Below, one piece after another: positions 6,440 to 12,075 of a stretch of 12,075 bases of DNA. Made by a program: the position numbers and the translations under genes. The stretch lies in assembly GCA_044869275.1 (NCBI GenBank), contig JBIOXB010000135.1, positions 1-12,075 on the forward strand, read 5' to 3'. Source of the stretch: a bacterium (GTDB taxonomy: Bacteria; Zhuqueibacterota; Zhuqueibacteria; Zhuqueibacterales; Zhuqueibacteraceae). The notes under the pieces are model-generated. The model searched no databases. It worked only from the letters and a program-made list of their open reading frames with translations, and had not been told where the DNA came from. The first letter of the stretch is position 1; every line of letters begins with the position of its first letter.

Positions 6440-7888
6440 TCAATTCGTAGAAACGATCGCGCGCACCACGGCATTAGCCCAGCGCTCGCGGAAATCCGCC
6501 GAACGAATTCTTTGCCAATCCGCGCGATGCGTGAGATTCGCGGCTTCAATCAAAACCGATACCGGCACGCGGCTATAGCGAATGACACCGGGCGTCCATT
6601 TGCTGCCGCCACGATAAACATACCGGCGCACCGGCTGGTGCTTGTGCACCAGCAAACTCGCACGGCGCAGAGAGGCAATCACGCTCTGCGCAAAGGCTTG
6701 ACTGGCGGTTTCGGCAAGGCGATTCTGCTGCAAATCGAATACAATGGTTTGGTCCCGGCTTTCGCTGAATTTGGCGTACACCTCACCGCTGGCTTTAAAA
6801 TTGGCGACGCGTTCCTCCGCGTCGGGAATATAAATCATGGTCCCGCCCACGGAAGGATGGAGATGGTCCAAGTGAATGCTGATGAACACAATATCCTCCG
6901 GCGCCACACCTTGGCGCAGCAGGCTATGGTAAATATCTTCCACCAAGTAAATGCGCAAATTCAGGGCGATGCGGCTGTCTTCCATGTCATAAATCGGCGT
7001 GACTTGGAGGTACTGATGCCGCTTGCCCTCGCGCACGGCGTGGCCGTTCGACAATTGACCCGCGTCCGGATGCGCGGAAACCAGAGTATGAACGTTGACG
7101 CCGCGCTTCACCAAACCGCTCCGGATTCTTTTCAACAAATCGAAGGCGACCTCGTCTTCGCGCACGCTGCGCACGATCGTGCCCGGATCGTTGCCGCCGT
7201 GGCCTGCGTCCAGGATCACGTGCTGAAAATAACCGCGGCGCGGCGGCGCGCGCAACGGCGGCGCCGGCACGGTGAAAAATGCTTCGTCAATCAATTCCAC
7301 TGGAATTCGAATCTCGGCGCCAGTGGGAATTTGAGTTTCGTCCGCAATATTGTTCAGGATCATCAATTCGCGGGCGATTTGATTGACGTCTTCCGCTTCC
7401 ACCCGGCCGGTAAAGCGCACCACCACGGCGCTGTACAATGCTTCCCCAGATTTCAAACGATACCGCCCAAACGTGCGCTCGCCTTCTTTCATGATCTTCA
7501 ATTCGGGGTCATTGGATTGCAGCGCTTTGCCTCTCCGTTTGATTTCCGCATTCCCGGGCACAAGCTGCGGCGCGGTCGAAGCCGCGCTCTCCGGAACGGG
7601 CGGAGCCGGCGCGGCGGCACGTGATGTCGCTTCCGCTTGTTCTTTGTTCCGGGCGGGTTCGCGTGCGACAGAAGCGGCAGGAGCATGGCGCACCGTGTCT
7701 GGCGCCGTTTCCCTTTTGTGCCGGTCGATTTGATGGAAGCGAGGATCAGGAGAAAGGCAGGCTTCCAAAACCAGGAGGCTAGCACAGGCCAAAGCCAGTC
7801 CGGGGCGGAGGCAGCGCCCATTTGTTTTGAGAAGAACGATTTTTACGGCCGGCGAGAGCAAGCGAGAGGGCGGCGTCATGTTCAACAA
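6440..7888 (-). CDS. N-acetylmuramoyl-L-alanine amidase (Amidase_3) with LysM-like domain, possible lipoprotein
   Basis: VILDAGHGGNDPG, REDEVAFDL, FISIHLD and SVLIEAANL supply the Zn and catalytic residues. LysM-like YRLKSGEALY...LNNIADETQIPTGAEIRIP. Hydrophobic N-region ends LEAC. Start may be TTG 7888, TTG 7885 or ATG 7879. Confidence 0.9.
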   Translation of the reverse strand: MLNMTPPSRLLSPAVKIVLLKTNGRCLRPGLALACASLLVLEACLSPDPRFHQIDRHKRETAPDTVRHAPAASVAREPARNKEQAEATSRAAAPAPPVPESAASTAPQLVPGNAEIKRRGKALQSNDPELKIMKEGERTFGRYRLKSGEALYSAVVVRFTGRVEAEDVNQIARELMILNNIADETQIPTGAEIRIPVELIDEAFFTVPAPPLRAPPRRGYFQHVILDAGHGGNDPGTIVRSVREDEVAFDLLKRIRSGLVKRGVNVHTLVSAHPDAGQLSNGHAVREGKRHQYLQVTPIYDMEDSRIALNLRIYLVEDIYHSLLRQGVAPEDIVFISIHLDHLHPSVGGTMIYIPDAEERVANFKASGEVYAKFSESRDQTIVFDLQQNRLAETASQAFAQSVIASLRRASLLVHKHQPVRRYVYRGGSKWTPGVIRYSRVPVSVLIEAANLTHRADWQRIRSADFRERWANAVVRAIVSTN

Positions 7889-8346
7889 ACCGGGCTATCC
7901 TTCCTGGAAAGTTGCTGGCAAAAACTCAGAACAGCCGCTTGCCACGCGGCGTCGTTTTCATAAAAGGAAATCGTGAGCAAGCGATCGGGGTTGCCGATCA
8001 GCATGCGCGTTAAAAAAACTTCCTGGTCACACAGGCACAGCACCGGGCGCTGTTGCTGCAAACAGGTCGCAATTTCAAAACCCACGCCCAAGGAGGGCTT
8101 GCTGACTTCGGCGATCATGCCGTCGCAAGCCGAGATCATCTGCAGGTCACGCGCAAAGATTTCTTGTGGCGTCCGCCGTGATTCCGCTTCCAAAACATCG
8201 GCGCGGGCGACATGCGCCGAGAGCACATGCGCGCCGCAGGCAATGATAAATTCCACCAGGCGAGCGTAAAACGGTTGGCGCTCGCGGCCCGCGCTGATCG
8301 CGGCAGCAAAGTAGATGTTGAGGGAGGAGCTCACCAGTTTATTCAT
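7882..8346 (-). CDS. nucleoside 2-deoxyribosyltransferase family, DNPH1/Rcl-like 2'-deoxynucleoside 5'-phosphate N-hydrolase, 154 aa
   Basis: IYFAAAISAGRE, VLSAHV, IFARDLQMISACD and AEVSKPSLGVGFE motifs, with the catalytic Y/D/E triad retained. ATGA overlap with the upstream gene. Confidence 0.88.
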   Translation of the reverse strand: MNKLVSSSLNIYFAAAISAGRERQPFYARLVEFIIACGAHVLSAHVARADVLEAESRRTPQEIFARDLQMISACDGMIAEVSKPSLGVGFEIATCLQQQRPVLCLCDQEVFLTRMLIGNPDRLLTISFYENDAAWQAAVLSFCQQLSRKDSPVC

Positions 8347-9581
8347 CCATTGCCGCGGGTGGATCGAATCACTTCAAAAATTTCCGCTTCGGTCAAATTG
8401 CGATTCATGCTTTTGGCTTTGGTGAAAATCGCATCAATCAAAGGCCGCGCGGGCTCATAGCCGTGCGTTTGCAGCCAATAGATCACATTCGATTCGCCGC
8501 TCATGTGGCCGATTTCGATCTCTTGCCGCCGCCCGACCCACGCCGCGGGCACGCCGGAATAGACGCGATCGGCCAGCCAATCTGCCCCTTTATTCTTCGC
8601 CTTGACAATCGCGGCGGCATGCACGCCCGTGCCCGTGCGAAAAGCATCCCTGCCCAATACCGGATAATTGGCCGGAATCGGCACCTCACACTTCTGCGCG
8701 ACGAGTTCACCATAAGCTTGCAGTGGTGTCAGATCGTTGTCGATCCAGCCGAGCAGCTTGCAGTTTACCAGAATCAAATCCAGGGGCGTATTCCCCACGC
8801 GCTCGCCGATTCCCAACATGGTGCCGTGCACGCGATCGGCGCCGGCTTCGATTGCCGCCAAGGTATTCACAATCGCCAGCCCGCGATCCTTGTGGCCGTG
8901 CCAATCCACTTTCACCTCCGGGTCAATCGCGTGCACCACTTCACGCACGAATGCAATCAAGGCGCGCACGCCGTTGGGCGTGGCGTGTCCGACGGTATCG
9001 CAACAAACCACACGCTGGGCGCCGCAACGCACCGCCGTGGCATAAAGCAACCGTACCGTGTCGGGATGCGAGCGAATCGTATCCTCGGTGACAAACATCG
9101 CAGGCAAGCCGTGTGTGACCACAAATTCTATGGCCTTTTCAACCGCATGCTGCAAAAAGCTCACCTCCCAGGCTTCCGCATATTGCCGGATCGGGCTGGA
9201 GCCGAGAAACGTGGCCGCTTCAATGGAAAGGCCGGCTTGTTGCGAAGCTTCGACAATCGGAATGATGTCGGCTTCCATCGTGCGTGCGGCACAATTGGGA
9301 AAAATATTCAGCCTGGCGCGGACAATTTCCTTTGCCAAAGCCACGACATCCGCGTGCGCGCGCGGGCCGGCGCCGGGCAAGCCAATATTCGCGGATTGAA
9401 TGCCAAGCTGGTGCATGAAGTGCAACATGCGGATCTTATCCGCAATCGGCGGATCGACCACCGAAGGCGACTGCAACCCGTCGCGCAAAGTTTCGTCGTC
9501 GAAGGCGATGGGTTTGCTCGGTTTCCACACGCCGGCGTGGGTGTTCCAGTCGTAGATCAGCTCGTTTTCATTGGGGAGCAT
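8343..9581 (-). CDS. DRE-TIM acyl-CoA:2-oxoacid condensing enzyme, short-form 2-isopropylmalate synthase/homocitrate synthase-like, 412 aa
   Basis: DETLRDGLQS, CDTVG, HGHKDRG, GIGERVGN and GVHAAAI motifs. No C-terminal LeuA regulatory domain. Confidence 0.9.
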   Translation of the reverse strand: MLPNENELIYDWNTHAGVWKPSKPIAFDDETLRDGLQSPSVVDPPIADKIRMLHFMHQLGIQSANIGLPGAGPRAHADVVALAKEIVRARLNIFPNCAARTMEADIIPIVEASQQAGLSIEAATFLGSSPIRQYAEAWEVSFLQHAVEKAIEFVVTHGLPAMFVTEDTIRSHPDTVRLLYATAVRCGAQRVVCCDTVGHATPNGVRALIAFVREVVHAIDPEVKVDWHGHKDRGLAIVNTLAAIEAGADRVHGTMLGIGERVGNTPLDLILVNCKLLGWIDNDLTPLQAYGELVAQKCEVPIPANYPVLGRDAFRTGTGVHAAAIVKAKNKGADWLADRVYSGVPAAWVGRRQEIEIGHMSGESNVIYWLQTHGYEPARPLIDAIFTKAKSMNRNLTEAEIFEVIRSTRGNG

Positions 9582-9600
9582 CTGCCCTCTCGCCCTGGGA

Positions 9601-9707
9601 GTGAATTGAGGACTGAAGATCGAGGATCGAGGATTGAAGATCGACGATCGCTAAAAATATTCCGCCTGCCCGATCTTCCATCTTCGATCCTCGATCCTCG
9701 ATTTTCA
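9601..9707. repeat. inverted arrays of GA(G/A)GATC heptamers forming a 37-bp hairpin
   Basis: 6-7 forward units (9601-9649) and 5 reverse units (9672-9706). 9614-9650 matches the reverse complement of 9671-9707 at 33 of 37 positions, with a 20-nt loop. Confidence 0.9.
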
Positions 9708-9746
9708 CGGTATCGTGTTTGGCAAGCACGCGCAGGCAAGACGAGT

Positions 9747-10529
9747 TTATTTCCCTTGAAAACTCGCCGGGCGCTTTTCCAAAAACGCTTTCGTGCCTTC
9801 TTTCATATCTTCCGTAGAGAAAAGCATGCCGAAAAGGTTGGACTCCAATTGCACGCCTGCTTCCAAAGGAATCTCCAAGCCGTGCGTGACCGCCTCCAAT
9901 GTGAGCTTCACGGCCACCGGGCCTTTCTTGAACACCGTTTGCAGAATCTCTTCGCATTTCGCCATGAGCTGATCCGGCGGTGTGACGTGATTCACCCAGC
10001 CCATGCGCCAGGCTTCTTGTGCGTCGATCATATTACCTGTGATCAGCAGCTCGATCGCGCGGCCTTTGCCAATCAAGCGCGGCAAGCGCTGCGTGCCACC
10101 GTTGCCGCACATGATGCCGAGATTGACTTCGGGCTGGCCAAATTTCGCTTTTTCCGAGGCCACGCGCATATGGCAGGCCAGAGCCAATTCACTACCGCCG
10201 CCGAGACAAAAGCCATTCACTGCCGCAATAATCGGTTTGGGAAAATGCTCGATGAAGCGCAAAATCTCCTGGCTCTGCAGCGAGAACTCTTTCGCGCCCA
10301 CCGGCGTTTGTTTCGCCAGCTCGCCAATATCCGCGCCGGCCGCAAAAGCCTTGTCGCCTGCGCCGGTGAGAATCACGCCTCCGACATTGCCGTCGTCTTT
10401 CACGGAGGATAGCGCTTGCCGCACTTCCTGCATCGTCTGCCAATTCAGCGCATTCATTTTTTCCGGGCGATGCAGCGTGAGATAGGCGATTTTGTTTTTG
10501 ATTTCGAAGAGAATATTTTGATAAGCCAT
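9747..10529 (-). CDS. crt: enoyl-CoA hydratase (crotonase), 260 aa
   Basis: KAFAAGADI, GGGSELALAC and GQPEVNLG (both catalytic Glu), GGTQRLPRLIG, and C-terminal FLEKRPASFQGK. GGAG RBS at 10537-10540. Confidence 0.93.
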   Translation of the reverse strand: MAYQNILFEIKNKIAYLTLHRPEKMNALNWQTMQEVRQALSSVKDDGNVGGVILTGAGDKAFAAGADIGELAKQTPVGAKEFSLQSQEILRFIEHFPKPIIAAVNGFCLGGGSELALACHMRVASEKAKFGQPEVNLGIMCGNGGTQRLPRLIGKGRAIELLITGNMIDAQEAWRMGWVNHVTPPDQLMAKCEEILQTVFKKGPVAVKLTLEAVTHGLEIPLEAGVQLESNLFGMLFSTEDMKEGTKAFLEKRPASFQGK

Positions 10530-10542
10530 ATTTGAACTCCGA

Positions 10543-10568
10543 TTTCATGATTTTTACGAATTTACGAA
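10543..10568. repeat. short tandem repeat upstream of crt
   Basis: TTTACGAA at 10553-10560 and 10561-10568, plus degenerate TTTCATGA at 10543-10550. Confidence 0.5.
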
Positions 10569-10624
10569 ATGACCAAGAAGGTTCTTCAGTTTTCAAAGTA
10601 ACAGGGATGTGCTTCAGGAATATA

Positions 10625-11461
10625 TTACACCTGCTTGAAAGCGCGATACACCTCCGGCCGGCGGTCGCGCAGAAACATGCGCAGTTGCCGCATCTCCTCG
10701 ATGCGTGATAAATCGCAATCCCCCAGCAACAGCTTCTCCTTGCCCTGCGGCGCGCGCGAAAGAATTTCCCCGCCGGGATCGACCAAGAAACTGCCGCCGA
10801 TAAACTTCACCGTCGCTTCTTTGCCTACGCGATTGACGGCGGCCACAAAGACTTGATTCTGAAAGGCGAAGCCTTGCATTTCGATTTCATACATTGCGAT
10901 CGGATCCTGCACCACGCCCGCAAAAGGCGCGAAGATAATCCCTGCGCCTTGCAATACCAACTGCCGCGTGTACTCGGGATAATGCCGATCGTAACAAATC
11001 GCCACGCCGATTCTGACGCCACCGAGGTCGAATACCTGCGGCGGGGTGTTGCCGGGCCAGTAATAAAATCTTTCATTGAAACACGGCTCTTCGGCGATGT
11101 GCATCATCCGGACGGGGCCGAGCAGTTCTCCGTTCTGCGCGCGCAGCAGAACGGTGGTATCATAATATTCGCCCGCGCCGGCGCGTTCGAATATGTTCAA
11201 CAAAACACTTATCCTTTCCTGTTGTGCGGCGGCGCGAAACAAATGAATGGTCGGACCGTCCAGCGCCTCTGCCCATTGAAAGAATTTCTTTTCGCTGCGA
11301 TGCTGGGGAAAGAACGGCAGCAATCCCACTTCGGAAAAGCAGATGATCTGCGCGCCCAGTTGCGCGGCCTGCTTGACCCAGGCCAGGCCTTTCTCGCGAT
11401 TGGCATCGAGATCATTTGTGACCGCCATTTGCGCCAAAGCAATACGAACTGCTTTATGCAT
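10625..11461 (-). CDS. carbon-nitrogen hydrolase (nitrilase superfamily; N-carbamoylputrescine amidase/beta-ureidopropionase-like) with atypical active site, 278 aa
   Basis: IALAQ, ICFSE (E44), ICYDRHYPE (C156), VNRVG and FLRDRRPEVY motifs. The canonical YRKxHI segment reads VRMMHI. Confidence 0.92.
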   Translation of the reverse strand: MHKAVRIALAQMAVTNDLDANREKGLAWVKQAAQLGAQIICFSEVGLLPFFPQHRSEKKFFQWAEALDGPTIHLFRAAAQQERISVLLNIFERAGAGEYYDTTVLLRAQNGELLGPVRMMHIAEEPCFNERFYYWPGNTPPQVFDLGGVRIGVAICYDRHYPEYTRQLVLQGAGIIFAPFAGVVQDPIAMYEIEMQGFAFQNQVFVAAVNRVGKEATVKFIGGSFLVDPGGEILSRAPQGKEKLLLGDCDLSRIEEMRQLRMFLRDRRPEVYRAFKQV

Positions 11462-11786
11462 GGGTGGATGCTGTTCTCTTCAGTGCTTGCTTTTTGCCAT
11501 TTTTTGATGGCGGCGCTGCAATTTTCATACGCGGTCGCACGATTTGAGAACGGCGCGGGCGCAAGCGGTCGATTTCAACATAAATGAGTGGACGTTTCGG
11601 TTCGCGGTTGAGGCCAGCATTGCGAAAATTGTATTCGCGCAACTCCAGATCGTAAGCAGGCAACAGCACGACTTCCGCACCGCGCGGGATTTTTTGCGCA
11701 AATCGTGGATGCTCGAGAACATACCGATCAAATTCTTGCGCAAGCACAAGGCTCCTAAGCGACAATTCATCCATTTCGGCCTTCAT
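11454..11786 (-). CDS. DUF5647-like protein, putative antitoxin-like partner, 110 aa
   Basis: EFDRYVLEHPRFAQKIPRGAEVVLLP..D.EL.EYN signature (family name recalled, not searched). AAGGAG RBS at 11797-11802. Overlaps both neighbours. Confidence 0.75.
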   Translation of the reverse strand: MKAEMDELSLRSLVLAQEFDRYVLEHPRFAQKIPRGAEVVLLPAYDLELREYNFRNAGLNREPKRPLIYVEIDRLRPRRSQIVRPRMKIAAPPSKNGKKQALKRTASTHA

Positions 11787-12075
11787 AATTTTTTCGCTCC
11801 TTAATAAAGGCTTTTTTGTATTTCACCCAATTCTTTCTGATGTCTTCCTCAGCATTGGTCAAAGCGGCGTTGTAGTCCTCAATGCGTATAAGGTTTTTTT
11901 TCTGCCTTTGCCCCGGTCGCATCAAATCTCTGTGGACGCATCCATGTGCCGTATCATAACGCACGACAGGAACCCACACGTTCTCAATAGTCGTTTCAAA
12001 TTGGACTGCGAATCTCAGAATTTTTCCCTTTTCGCTAATATGCCAATGCCGGTAGCGATCTTCCGGGCTAATCCT
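11767..12075 (-). CDS. partial DUF7718-like (TumE/DUF6516-reminiscent) small protein, putative toxin; 5' end beyond window
   Basis: The frame is open to the window edge: RISPEDRYRHWHISEKGKILRFAVQFETTIENVWVPVVRYDTAHGCVHRD...NWVKYKKAF. RYDxAHGxxHxD motif. GTG 11979 in the ORF track is internal. Confidence 0.78.
   Translation of the reverse strand, partial: RISPEDRYRHWHISEKGKILRFAVQFETTIENVWVPVVRYDTAHGCVHRDLMRPGQRQKKNLIRIEDYNAALTNAEEDIRKNWVKYKKAFIKERKNYEGRNG

Noticed and set aside
6490..6549. AATCCGCG/GATTCGCG repeat-like stretch and ORF 6262..6549
   Set aside because: Explained by the amidase coding sequence around its catalytic EAANL motif.
6383..7624. 413-aa + strand ORF
   Set aside because: Antisense to the well-supported amidase gene.
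9601..9707. CRISPR array
   Set aside because: Contiguous 7-nt units with no spacers and no cas genes.
8463..10412. 649-aa + strand ORF
   Set aside because: Antisense shadow of the synthase and crotonase genes; it runs through the heptamer repeat and has no recognisable motifs.
5649..11461. Single biosynthetic or catabolic pathway for the minus-strand run
   Set aside because: The functions (acyl-CoA, nucleotide, peptidoglycan, phosphatase) do not form a coherent route; more likely a mixed housekeeping operon.

Overview
Bacterial chromosomal window, moderately GC-rich, with about 13 CDSs and no rRNA, tRNA or CRISPR. Left half: a coiled-coil protein and an archaeal-style short XPF/ERCC4 nuclease with two HhH motifs (both minus strand), divergent from a methyltransferase carrying the hallmark motifs of protein arginine methyltransferases (PRMT). 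Next come an ECI1-like enoyl-CoA isomerase (-), an orphan zinc-finger (ZAS/zf-HC2-like) protein (+) and a large VanZ-family membrane protein (+). Right half: one minus-strand run of a putative toxin-antitoxin-like pair (first gene cut by the window edge, AT-richer), a carbon-nitrogen hydrolase whose catalytic Lys is replaced by Met, crotonase, a short LeuA-like DRE-TIM synthase, a DNPH1/Rcl-like nucleotide N-hydrolase, a LysM-like/Amidase_3 protein and a HAD hydrolase. Intergenic DNA holds a heptamer-repeat hairpin, other palindromes and several sigma70-like promoters. The most interesting items are the PRMT-like enzyme, the XPF-like nuclease beside it, the Lys-less nitrilase-family enzyme and the small TA-like pair. 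All family calls come from motifs recognised by eye; no database searches were run.
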